Shown: positions 17,840 through 27,297 of the stretch, piece after piece | Position numbering within the stretch: position 1 is the stretch's first letter | How the letters are laid out: every line of letters starts with the position of its first letter | From: an uncultured archaeon | Lineage (GTDB): Archaea > Asgardarchaeota > Thorarchaeia > Thorarchaeales > Thorarchaeaceae | Assembly: GCA_964610875.1 (NCBI GenBank) | Contig: CAZSWP010000027.1 | Span: forward strand, 1-46,745 | Direction: 5' to 3' | DNA: 46,745 nucleotides | Position numbers and translations under genes: made by a program | Notes under the pieces: model-generated | Seen by the model: the letters and a program-made list of their open reading frames with translations, nothing else | Database searches by the model: none | What the model was told of the DNA's origin: nothing

Positions 17840-19693
17840 TCACACATTTTCTTTCAACCAATCAAGGACCTCACTATATGCTTCAATTTTGTTCTTTAAT
17901 CTCGAAAGTCCATGACCTTCATCTGCAAATCTCCGGAAGACCACTGGAATTCCCTTTGATTTTACTCTTTCATAGATCTGAACTGATTCAGATAATGGAA
18001 CCCGCTCATCATTATCTCCTTGGATTATGAAGAGAGGACACTCAATTTCATCGACTTTGTGAATCGGGCTTATTTGTTCTAAAAGATCTTGATGATACTG
18101 TAAAGAACCGTATTCAGCTTCTCTAAGAGGTCTTCTCCAATCTGCAGTATTCTCCAAGAAAGTGACAAAGTTAGAAATACCAACAATGTCTACAGCGGCT
18201 TTCCAAATATCTGGATATTCAGTGATAGATGAAAGAACTGCAAATCCTCCATAGCTGCCTCCATAGATGACTAACCTATCATCATCGATTTGGTCATCAC
18301 TTTTCTTGAGATGTGCGGCAAGTTCACTAATATCATGAATAGAGTCTAGCCTTTTCTCGACATTATCCAAATTTAGGTAAATCTTGCCATAACCTGTACT
18401 ACCTCTAATATTAGGGGTTACCACAGCAAATCCACTTGACAGATAGAACTGGATTGTTGGATTGAAGGAAGGACGTATCTGAGATTCTGGTCCTCCATGA
18501 ATTATCAGAATAGCCGGCCATCCTGCTTTTAGCATCTTACCTTTCGGAATATATCTGAAGTAAGGCACACTCAAACCATCAAAGCTCTTGAATCTATGTA
18601 AAGACGACTCTACGAATTTTTCCTTTTGGAGTCCTGCTGTTGCAGTATCAGTGCATTTCCAGCTTTGATCATCCTTCATGTCAATTATCCAGATATTATA
18701 TGGTTCCACACCTGTGCTGATTGTAACTGCTAATTTCTTACCATCTGGTGACAACGAAATCGGATTTGAAAAGGATCTATTGTCTCCTGATACAATAACC
18801 CCATCAATTGGCATTCTTATTTTCTTGATATCCCTAACCCCATCACTAGAAAATATGCCACTATAGAGAACACTGTATCCTTCTTCATTTGTTACAAAAT
18901 ATGTTGTTTCAAAATCTGAGAGCCATGCAGTATATTCTGTTTCAAATTCTAGTGTCTTCTCAATTCTATCCAGTTTTCTAAATTCACCAGAAAAAGTGAT
19001 GTATGCAAAACGCATAAACTCGGATTCAAAATCGGTTAAAACAAGTAATGTGTCTGAATCAACATATCTGACAGCTTCCCAACGAGCTGGTTTGTTTGTA
19101 ATTTCCTTAGTCAAGTTCTCATGTGTTTCAGATTCTCTATCGGTGATTATTATTTCTTGTTCAACATTACCGAGATAGACCGAGGTTACAATATACCTCT
19201 CATCACTACTTGTTGTGCAAATTTCGGGCAGTCCTTTCTCCGGACTGTACACCTTTTCAGGATCACCGGATATATTTGATAACGGTTTGTAGTACAATGA
19301 AAAATTTGTCTTCTTTTCCGAATTGGATAGATAATAGAATCCAGTATCAGAGGAAAGATGAGGTATATGCTTTGCTGCCAAATCTCGAGTAATCCAATTA
19401 GTTAAACCATTCTTATCCACATGTGCGATTTGGAAATTCTCATCACCACCAAAATCGCGTGTATAAAGTAAAGAACCATCTTTGAGATATAATGGTGCAG
19501 TGCAACGATCTTGCTCGAAAGAAATACGCTCAGGCCAAGTTGTAACCCCTTTTACAATCTTACTTCTGTATATCTGAAAAATTCCAGGTGCATCATAGAC
19601 ATAGATGATCTTTTTCCCATCAGGATGCCAAGATGGGCCCCCAGCTGTTTCAACAGCCAGATATTTTTCAAATTCGGAGTTGTGAGAAGACAT
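17840..19693 (-). CDS. S9 family peptidase (prolyl oligopeptidase / acylaminoacyl peptidase)
   Basis: N-terminal beta-propeller; IHGGPESQ, PNIRGSTGYG, GGSYGG, DERVP, DEGHG catalytic triad. Confidence 0.95.
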   Translation of the reverse strand: MSSHNSEFEKYLAVETAGGPSWHPDGKKIIYVYDAPGIFQIYRSKIVKGVTTWPERISFEQDRCTAPLYLKDGSLLYTRDFGGDENFQIAHVDKNGLTNWITRDLAAKHIPHLSSDTGFYYLSNSEKKTNFSLYYKPLSNISGDPEKVYSPEKGLPEICTTSSDERYIVTSVYLGNVEQEIIITDRESETHENLTKEITNKPARWEAVRYVDSDTLLVLTDFESEFMRFAYITFSGEFRKLDRIEKTLEFETEYTAWLSDFETTYFVTNEEGYSVLYSGIFSSDGVRDIKKIRMPIDGVIVSGDNRSFSNPISLSPDGKKLAVTISTGVEPYNIWIIDMKDDQSWKCTDTATAGLQKEKFVESSLHRFKSFDGLSVPYFRYIPKGKMLKAGWPAILIIHGGPESQIRPSFNPTIQFYLSSGFAVVTPNIRGSTGYGKIYLNLDNVEKRLDSIHDISELAAHLKKSDDQIDDDRLVIYGGSYGGFAVLSSITEYPDIWKAAVDIVGISNFVTFLENTADWRRPLREAEYGSLQYHQDLLEQISPIHKVDEIECPLFIIQGDNDERVPLSESVQIYERVKSKGIPVVFRRFADEGHGLSRLKNKIEAYSEVLDWLKENV

Positions 19694-19932
19694 GCTCTTT
19701 GGAATCTGGAACTACACTAAGAGTCTTTCTCAAAAACCATGGATAAATATTAATTTATTCCGGGATTTTTATGTCTTAGAAAGGTTAACCTTCTTATCCT
19801 GAATCACAACTACATTTTGCCAAAAATCTAGAAAGGAGAATGTGAATCATATTCCGCAAGACTGACTGTCAAGATATAAAATGTCCAGATTCAAATTTTG
19901 GATGATAAATCGGTATTCCAAGAGAGATAATC

Positions 19933-20225
19933 ATGGATAAAGAGAAATATTACAAATGGTTGTTCATTGTTGGTGTTATATTCAATTGGATCATGGCAGT
20001 GTCATTTCTAATTGGTAGTATTGCGATTCCAGAAATCTTTTCTTTATTTGGTACTATTCTCCTCCCACACTATTCTTCCTACATGCATTACTTGATTTGA
20101 TTTTTGTTTACGGAATTGGTTATTTTATCGTAGGGTTACACCTTCATAAAAATCGAGGTTGTGTGAACCGAGTGAAATCTAAAAAATCTTCAATCCGCTC
20201 TTTCCAACTCGTCGATATCTCATGA
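19933..20225 (+). pseudogene. small membrane protein, frameshifted remnant
   Basis: MDKEKYYKWLFIVGVIFNW... stops at 20100; the TM pattern continues in another frame (PPTLFFLHALLDLIFVYGIGYFIVG..KNRG). Confidence 0.5.
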
Positions 20226-20437
20226 TAATTCCCTACAAGTCTGTGTTGATATTAACTATATATAATTCCTAAGGTCCAGTATACTAGTGAATCGAACCGA
20301 TGATAATCTTACTTCCCAAAACAGTAAAATAGAAAGGAAACCTATGGGGGATAATTAGATTTGGATTCTAAGAGCATACATGAAGTATGTGTATGATTTG
20401 ATAATTCAAAAGGTCAGATTTTAGGGAGAGATGAATC

Positions 20438-22720
20438 TTGAAGAAAACCACCATTAGCTTAGTAATCGTACTGTGTTTTAGTATGATAATACCAGTGCTA
20501 CAAATAATGCCAATTGTGTCATCTGACTCACCAAGAAGCAGAGTTGCTGATGGGATACCCTCTCTTGCCGCTACGCCTGGAAGTGATGTACATGTTATTC
20601 AGGTTGGTGAAGACACCTTCACCTTGAGTTCAGAACCATCTCTGACTCATGATAATTTTGGTTCCCATGGAGGTCTTGTATGTGGTAACGATTCAGGGGG
20701 TGGAGGATATATGGCTAGAATTTGGCTGAAATTCGATCTCACACATATTCCCCACACTGTAGCATTTACAAGAGCTACTTTGAATCTTTACATGGTTCAT
20801 AGTTTTGACGATGCTGACGAGCCTTTCGGAGTATACACTTCCGGTAATGATTCGTGGGCAGCAGATACAATAACGTGGGATAATGAGCCTGACCTCAATC
20901 CAGTCCCGATGGATGTGATTGATTCACCAAGTAGTCCAAACACGTTCGCGGATGATAATTGGTACGAATGGGAGATAACAGATGCTGTTCTTCAAACCAT
21001 TAGTGAAGATGGTATTCTGACACTTGTCCTTCGTCAAGTTGACGAATCTCTTTCAATTCCATCGATGAAAGGATTCATATCGCGTGAGAATAGCGTAACA
21101 GATGACACGAATACAATACCAAATATCGCACTCGAATACGAAACTCCATCAGCCAGTAACCTGACCGTCGATGGATTCTCGGAATCACCTCAGATTGATT
21201 ACATTTCAAGTTCGACACCAGATTTAGGTTGGGAATTTAATGATGATGATCCTTCTGATCTACAAACAAATTATGAAGTTGAAGTATGGAATAGCACGAC
21301 TTACAATGAAACTCAATTGATGGAAGAAAATCATACTCATTATTCTACACTCCATAGCACCAATTGGTCTGGTGCTTTGCAAGATAATATTCTGAATTAC
21401 GCTTATGACACTCGAGTACAGTACAGATGGCCTGCTAGCTTGATTGCAGATTCAGGAGTAGTTGATAAACTATATTTCGAAGTTGATGTAGAAACCGGAG
21501 AAACAACTTTCACAGACCTAGCGATATTCATGGTCTGCGGCGGGCTAAGTTCACCCACCTCAAGCTTTGAAGACAATTACAATGGACAGGTACCTATTCA
21601 GGTCTTGAATCGATCAGAGTACACTGCTAGAATTGACGGAGGTTACATGATCTTCGATGTTGAAAATCTGTTTTGTACTAATTCCAGTTGGAATCTATAT
21701 GTGGAGATCCGACACGGAGGAGCATCTGGGACTGCAAGGGGATACTATTCTAACACTGCTGTAGGGGATAGTATCTATGTGTATGGACCAGGTGCTTATG
21801 CATCCGAAACAGGAGTTCTTGATAGTACATTTACACAGGGAATAAAGCTTGAGTTGACGAATGAGGTAGTTCTCAATGATAGGTCCACAGTATATTCAGG
21901 ACTACCTCTAGTAAATGCAACGCGGTATTTCTGGAGAGTTAGAACCTGTGATAGTATGGGACTATGGAGCCAATGGGAAACTGGCAGCTTCAAATATGAG
22001 AAATTGACGAGCTTGCCTACATGGTCAAATCTAGTTGAAACAGCACAACCACTGGAATTTGGAGAATCGATGACAATTTCAGTGAATGTCACTCACCCAT
22101 CAGGGATAGTAGCTGTGGTGATCGAATATGATGGTGCCAATCATTCTATGGCGAACACAGAACACACTTACTCCCACACTTGGACTCCCAGCTTGCCTGC
22201 GGTTATTTACTACACGATATACATGCAATCGGTATCTGGAACGTGGAACTCCCTGAGTGACCGTATCCAAGTTACTGATACTACTGCACCCGAGTGGATT
22301 AATGAACCAAGCGACGTGGTGCTATACTATGGAGAGGCACTCTCCATGCAACTCTCTGCAAGTGATCTATCAGGTATCGGGAAGTGGACAATCAATGATA
22401 ATGTGAACTTTGATATCACAGGGGGACTATTGACAAACAAAACCACACTTACTCCAGGAGGTTACCCCTTGAACGTGACTGTTACAGATGATGAGGGGAA
22501 TAGCTTGTCCGCGACCTTCATCGTAGCGGTTCTTCAACCAACAGACACGACCTCAACTACCACCACAACTTCGACATCCACGACTACAGGAGAAACAAAT
22601 ACCTCAGGAACAACTCCCTCAGCTGAAATAGATCCTACAAGTTTGATGATAATTATTGGGCTCGGGTTCTTGGTTGTTGTACTTCTGATAGTAATAGTGA
22701 TACTACGGAGAAGAATGTAG
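20438..22720 (+). CDS. cell-surface protein with DNRLRE (disaggregatase-related) and Ig/FnIII-like domains, Thr-rich stalk and C-terminal TM
   Basis: RIWLKFDL..ATLNLY..W...ITWDNEP; YFWRVR..D..G.WS.W; poly-Thr linker; TM followed by RRR. Confidence 0.8.
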   Translation: MKKTTISLVIVLCFSMIIPVLQIMPIVSSDSPRSRVADGIPSLAATPGSDVHVIQVGEDTFTLSSEPSLTHDNFGSHGGLVCGNDSGGGGYMARIWLKFDLTHIPHTVAFTRATLNLYMVHSFDDADEPFGVYTSGNDSWAADTITWDNEPDLNPVPMDVIDSPSSPNTFADDNWYEWEITDAVLQTISEDGILTLVLRQVDESLSIPSMKGFISRENSVTDDTNTIPNIALEYETPSASNLTVDGFSESPQIDYISSSTPDLGWEFNDDDPSDLQTNYEVEVWNSTTYNETQLMEENHTHYSTLHSTNWSGALQDNILNYAYDTRVQYRWPASLIADSGVVDKLYFEVDVETGETTFTDLAIFMVCGGLSSPTSSFEDNYNGQVPIQVLNRSEYTARIDGGYMIFDVENLFCTNSSWNLYVEIRHGGASGTARGYYSNTAVGDSIYVYGPGAYASETGVLDSTFTQGIKLELTNEVVLNDRSTVYSGLPLVNATRYFWRVRTCDSMGLWSQWETGSFKYEKLTSLPTWSNLVETAQPLEFGESMTISVNVTHPSGIVAVVIEYDGANHSMANTEHTYSHTWTPSLPAVIYYTIYMQSVSGTWNSLSDRIQVTDTTAPEWINEPSDVVLYYGEALSMQLSASDLSGIGKWTINDNVNFDITGGLLTNKTTLTPGGYPLNVTVTDDEGNSLSATFIVAVLQPTDTTSTTTTTSTSTTTGETNTSGTTPSAEIDPTSLMIIIGLGFLVVVLLIVIVILRRRM

Positions 22721-22735
22721 GTGGATGAGATTGTA

Positions 22736-22756
22736 GATGAGTCATCAAGACTCATC
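22736..22756 (+). terminator. hairpin downstream of the surface-protein gene
   Basis: GATGAGTC-atcaa-GACTCATC 8-bp perfect stem; no T-tract. Confidence 0.35.
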
Positions 22757-23088
22757 CATCTTCAGGATACTCATGGCTATTGTCACATCAATGACATCTA
22801 CATCTGAGGGAATTTGACTGGTTTCCAGAAAACCTTGTGCCGATGACTGATTGTGAGAAGATGTTTAAGTCTAACTGTGTGAATAAAAGTACAAAGAGTA
22901 TCAAAATAAGTAGTACTTCGAAAACAACAGATAGATCCATTATATGCTAATGCATGTTCCTTAGCTTAATACACATATGATATAGTTAGACAATACTTAA
23001 CGCCAAAAATGTTGAGCAGAAATTTTGAATAATATTGATGAATTATATTACATCATTCAATTTATTCTATCAACTTGAAAACCCATAG

Positions 23089-24474
23089 TTATTTTTGGGA
23101 TTCTTCGTTTTTCTCTAAATCTGTCTTCTTTGTATCTTTCTCATTCTCGACTATAATTCCTCTCTCGACTTTAGGGTTAGTTCCTTTGACTAAATCATTC
23201 CATATATTTTGAAACACATCTAGAATACTATTTGCAACGTTTTCTGTCCTTGGTGTTCGAAAAGTAATTACTAGAAGCCAGACGAAGAATATGAGAGCGG
23301 GTACTACTTTTGAGCTATGATAGAGAATTTGCCATTCTGTAGTCCAAATAATTGGATGAATATTCGGACCTGAACCTGAAAGAAATGAGATGATTGGCAG
23401 CCAGGGAATACTCATCAATAACAAGATTACAAATGATACCCAGTGTGACTTATCTGCAGGTTTAGAACGAATCCAAAATAACACCAAAAGCGGTAGAATG
23501 AATGTGTAGTGGTGTTCCCAGACATCCACAATTATGAAGAAATATGTAGTAGCGAATAAACCAGCACTTGCCCAGACATCCCGGGAATATACTGCAGCAC
23601 CAATAGCTAACATAAAGAAAACTCCCATTAAGAGACCGGTGAGAATTCCTGAATTTGCATATGACTCTCCAAACAAATATAGAATTAGCATTCTCAATGA
23701 ATGACTGCCCCCATACGGACTAATATGGGTTGACCGAGCAATATTGAATCCTAAAAAGAATTGGAGCAATTCCAGTCCATTAGGTACTAATACAATCGCA
23801 CATACAGTAACAACAATAGCAACTAAAACAGCCCTTGCTCTACCTGCTGCTAGGAGCACAGGTGCAATAAAATACGGAATCATTTTTGTCAATGAGCCAG
23901 TCGTCCATAGCGTAGTCATGGTTCCCTTTCTCTCAGTTCCACCTTCAACAAATGAGGAAGTCGTGAGTGCAAAGAACATCAAGATTCCCGCAACGAGTGT
24001 GACTTGCCCAACAAATAATTCAATATACACTGGTGAGAAGATAAGCCACATCCCCATAGCGATGCGTACCTCCCAGTTGGATCTTTCTAGATTATTACCG
24101 AGTGATCGTGTTTGAAAAACAGCAGACCACAAAACCGCTATCACTATTCCAATCCAAGTCCAATAAGCAATCATTGGTGGTAAAAGATTGAATACAACAC
24201 CGAATGTGAACGCAAAATATGGAAGATATCGATACGGGTAAAGGTATGGTACAACAAGTGTATCTGGTATAGTATAACAGTCAACCCCATTCAAGACATT
24301 GTGTCCTGCTTGATAATATGAAAAGAAATCAGCTCCCTGACCGACTAAATATCGTGTGTCATAAAAGAATGAATTCAGCAATCCCGTTCCGAGTGAAACG
24401 ATGAAAAGAAAATGAATGATAATTGAAACCACTAGAAAGAACCAGCTTGCCCAATCTTGCAACCATTCTTCCAT
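23089..24474 (-). CDS. GT-C fold glycosyltransferase, GT87-like
   Basis: ADFFSYYQAG, YPYRYLP, GQV, TK, WEHHY motifs; polytopic membrane protein. Confidence 0.8.
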   Translation of the reverse strand: MEEWLQDWASWFFLVVSIIIHFLFIVSLGTGLLNSFFYDTRYLVGQGADFFSYYQAGHNVLNGVDCYTIPDTLVVPYLYPYRYLPYFAFTFGVVFNLLPPMIAYWTWIGIVIAVLWSAVFQTRSLGNNLERSNWEVRIAMGMWLIFSPVYIELFVGQVTLVAGILMFFALTTSSFVEGGTERKGTMTTLWTTGSLTKMIPYFIAPVLLAAGRARAVLVAIVVTVCAIVLVPNGLELLQFFLGFNIARSTHISPYGGSHSLRMLILYLFGESYANSGILTGLLMGVFFMLAIGAAVYSRDVWASAGLFATTYFFIIVDVWEHHYTFILPLLVLFWIRSKPADKSHWVSFVILLLMSIPWLPIISFLSGSGPNIHPIIWTTEWQILYHSSKVVPALIFFVWLLVITFRTPRTENVANSILDVFQNIWNDLVKGTNPKVERGIIVENEKDTKKTDLEKNEESQK

Positions 24475-24751
24475 GCTATGAGAATAATTCTAGATTCTTA
24501 TGGTTTTTACTCACTATGGTATTTTTAATTATTGGAGAAAAAATCAATTCAAAATCATTTGATGCGAGATATCACTCATCGTGGGGGATGGGATGCAACC
24601 AGAATTTTACGTGACGATATGCTCCATGTAGGATTTCTCCGAAAGATATCGAATAGCTGACCATGAGTGCAAAAAAAAATAATTCAAATTGCTTCTTGGA
24701 CTCACTCCTCTTCTCCAGAGTGAGTTATTTGTATTCTTTTGACAATATGTA

Positions 24752-24788
24752 GGATGTTACAAATTGTAACTGGATAACAAAGTGTAAC
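24752..24788 (+). promoter_or_regulatory. tandem palindromic operator-like site upstream of mvhD-fdhAB
   Basis: GTTACAA-a-TTGTAAC at 24756-24770 and a 12/15 copy ATAACAAAGTGTAAC at 24774-24788. Confidence 0.55.
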
Positions 24789-24848
24789 CACTAAAATAAC
24801 ACTTAAATCAGCGTCTTTTTCCACTTCAACTTACACGGAGGTATTATT

Positions 24849-25283
24849 ACGCCAGAAGACAGTTTCGAACCGAAAATACTTGCATTTCTTTGTAATTGGT
24901 GTAGTTATGCCGGGGCAGACCTCACAGGTACTACTCGGTTACAATATGAACCTAACATCCACTCCATCAGAGTCAACTGTTCAAGTCGAATAGAGCCTAC
25001 TTTCGTTATCAAAGCACTCCTAATGGGTGCGGATGGTGTTCTCATAGGAGGATGCCACCCTGGAGATTGCCATTACAAAACTGGTAATCTTTACACTCGA
25101 AGAAGAGTCATGATGCTATCAACGTTACTTGAATCTGTGGGAATTGATCCCCGAAGGCTCAGATTGGAATGGGTGTCTGCATCAGAATCTACAAAGTTTG
25201 CTCAAGTTGTACACGATTTTGTGGCTGAGCTCAAAGAAATTGGTCCCAATCCATTCGGGAGGTTAGTACATGCCCACGTATGA
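24849..25283 (+). CDS. mvhD: hydrogenase iron-sulfur subunit delta (MvhD), non-canonical start
   Basis: Extending the 25023 ORF upstream gives PEDSFEPKILAFLCNWCSYAGADL..RVNCSSR..GADGVLIGGCHPGDCHY..WVSASE; GGAGG at 24837-24841 precedes ATT ATT ACG. Confidence 0.9.
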   Translation, partial: TPEDSFEPKILAFLCNWCSYAGADLTGTTRLQYEPNIHSIRVNCSSRIEPTFVIKALLMGADGVLIGGCHPGDCHYKTGNLYTRRRVMMLSTLLESVGIDPRRLRLEWVSASESTKFAQVVHDFVAELKEIGPNPFGRLVHAHV

Positions 25284-27297
25284 ACAAACCATTTGCCCGT
25301 ATTGCAGTTGTGGCTGCGGAATCTATCTTGTGATAGAAGATGGCAAGATTGTCGGTCAAGAGCCATGGGATGAACATCCCATAAATGAGGGAGGAAATTG
25401 CCCCAAAGGAAGGAATGCATATCAGTTCCTTTATGTAGAAGACCGATTAAAAACTCCCCTTATCCGAAAGGGTGGAAAGCTTGTTGAAACTACTTGGGAT
25501 GAAGCTTTCAGATTCATTACTGAAAAACTGAAAGAAGCAGGTCCTAATGAGTTTGGTTTATTGGCATCTGGCAAGAATACAAATGAAGACGCATACGTAC
25601 TACAGAAATTCACTCGCGTAGTCATGAAGACCAACAATGTAGAATATTGTGGACGTCTATGTCATTCATCAACAGCCGCAGGCTTAGGACCCACTGTTGG
25701 TTCAGGAGTCATGCCAATATCTCAACTCGACTTAGAGAAAGCTGATTGTTTCTTGTTGGTTGGAATAAATATCAAAGAAACATTTCCAATGATGGCAAAG
25801 CGACTGATGAGGGCAAAAGACCGTGGTGCAAAAGTGATTGTAATTGAACCACGCAGAACCATCACAGCTCGTGAATTTGCGGACATCCATCTCCAACTAA
25901 ATCTAGGAACGGATGTAGCCTTGCTCAATTCTATGATGAAAATTATCCTAGATGAAAAGCTAGAGAACAATGAATTCATAGAGAAACGTACTGTTGGCAT
26001 TAAAGAACTTCAAGAACACTTGGATAAAATTGACCTTCAAGAGATGGAGAAAATCACGAATGTTCCTCTTGAAAAGGTCAAAGAAGCTGCTCGTTTAATT
26101 GCTAAAGCAGACACAGCGTCTATTCTTTACAACCAAGGTCTGAACCAACACACTACTGGTGCGGATGGGATTAAAGCTTTAGCTACTTTAGCACTGATAA
26201 CAGGTCAATATGGACGTCCAGGCACAGGTCCCTCTCCAACTCGAGGTCAGATTAATGGTGAGGGAACTGGTGATATGGGTTGCCTCAATGTATTCTATCC
26301 TGGTTTCAAGAAAGTAGGTACTGGGCCTGAGAAGATATTTGGAGAACACTGGGGTGTAGAGGGTCTTCCTGCTGAACCGGGTTTACCATACACAAAGATG
26401 ATTCAACAAACCAAATACATGTGGATTGTTGGAACTAATCCAATGATGGCAGCCCCAGATGTAACCAATGTGAGAAAAGCGCTTTCTGAAAAGGAACTAC
26501 TTATTGTGCAAGATATTTTCCTTACTGAAACAGCAGAGCTAGCAGATGTTGTATTACCTGCAGCTACATGGGTTGAAAGGGAAGGCATCCATGCATACGT
26601 CGATAGAAGAGTTCAGAAAATCAATAAACTGATTGAACCACCCGGTAGAGCTAAACCAGATTGGTGGATTGTTTGTCAGGTAGCTGAACGGATGGGTTTC
26701 AAGAAGTACTTTGACTTCTCCTCACCACGAGAAATCTTTGAAGAAATAAGGCGGGTTGTTCCACCTTACAAGGGTATTACCTATGAAAGACTCAACGAAA
26801 CCACTGGAGGAATTCAATGGCCTGTTCCCACAGAAGATCATCCAGGTACTCCTACATTCTTTACAGAGAAATTCAACACTCCTGATGGTTTAGGTCATCT
26901 GCAAGTTGTTGAATTCAAACCTCCAGCAGAAATGCCAGATAAACAATTCCCTTACTACCTTACTACAGGAAGGAGTATCTTTCATTATCACACAGGAACA
27001 ATGACTCGTAGAACTCCAAAATTGGACAATGAGGAGCTTAAAGGTTATTGTCAAATCAATCCCGAAGATGCTTCAGTTGAGAAGATACAATCTGGTGATG
27101 AAGTAATTCTGCGTACAAGACGCGGAAGTGTACAAGCGATTGCAAAAGTCACAGATGATGTACCCAAAGGAGTAATCTTTCTACCGTTTCACTTCAGAGA
27201 ATCTTGTGCAAATATAATAACAAACCCCGCGCTAGATCCAGCTTGTGGGATGCCAGAGTACAAAGTCTGTGCGGTGGGAGTTGAGGTGATAAAATGA
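25270..27297 (+). CDS. fdhA: formate dehydrogenase alpha subunit (Mo/W-bisPGD, Cys ligand)
   Basis: CPYCSCGC...CPKG [4Fe-4S] motif, RLCHSST active site, RGQ.N, ADVVLPA, LTTGR..HYHTGTMTRR, PEYKVCAV. Confidence 0.95.
   Translation: MPTYEQTICPYCSCGCGIYLVIEDGKIVGQEPWDEHPINEGGNCPKGRNAYQFLYVEDRLKTPLIRKGGKLVETTWDEAFRFITEKLKEAGPNEFGLLASGKNTNEDAYVLQKFTRVVMKTNNVEYCGRLCHSSTAAGLGPTVGSGVMPISQLDLEKADCFLLVGINIKETFPMMAKRLMRAKDRGAKVIVIEPRRTITAREFADIHLQLNLGTDVALLNSMMKIILDEKLENNEFIEKRTVGIKELQEHLDKIDLQEMEKITNVPLEKVKEAARLIAKADTASILYNQGLNQHTTGADGIKALATLALITGQYGRPGTGPSPTRGQINGEGTGDMGCLNVFYPGFKKVGTGPEKIFGEHWGVEGLPAEPGLPYTKMIQQTKYMWIVGTNPMMAAPDVTNVRKALSEKELLIVQDIFLTETAELADVVLPAATWVEREGIHAYVDRRVQKINKLIEPPGRAKPDWWIVCQVAERMGFKKYFDFSSPREIFEEIRRVVPPYKGITYERLNETTGGIQWPVPTEDHPGTPTFFTEKFNTPDGLGHLQVVEFKPPAEMPDKQFPYYLTTGRSIFHYHTGTMTRRTPKLDNEELKGYCQINPEDASVEKIQSGDEVILRTRRGSVQAIAKVTDDVPKGVIFLPFHFRESCANIITNPALDPACGMPEYKVCAVGVEVIK

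Noticed and set aside
19781-19792. 12-bp palindrome AAGGTTAACCTT upstream of the S9 peptidase
   Set aside because: Single short occurrence that could arise by chance in AT-rich DNA
24423-24660. 63-aa ORF or Moco riboswitch upstream of the fdh operon
   Set aside because: No protein motif and no recognisable Moco RNA consensus; an Rfam scan would be needed
25023-25283. 86-aa ORF as the complete MvhD
   Set aside because: Conserved CNWC and RVxC motifs lie upstream in the same frame
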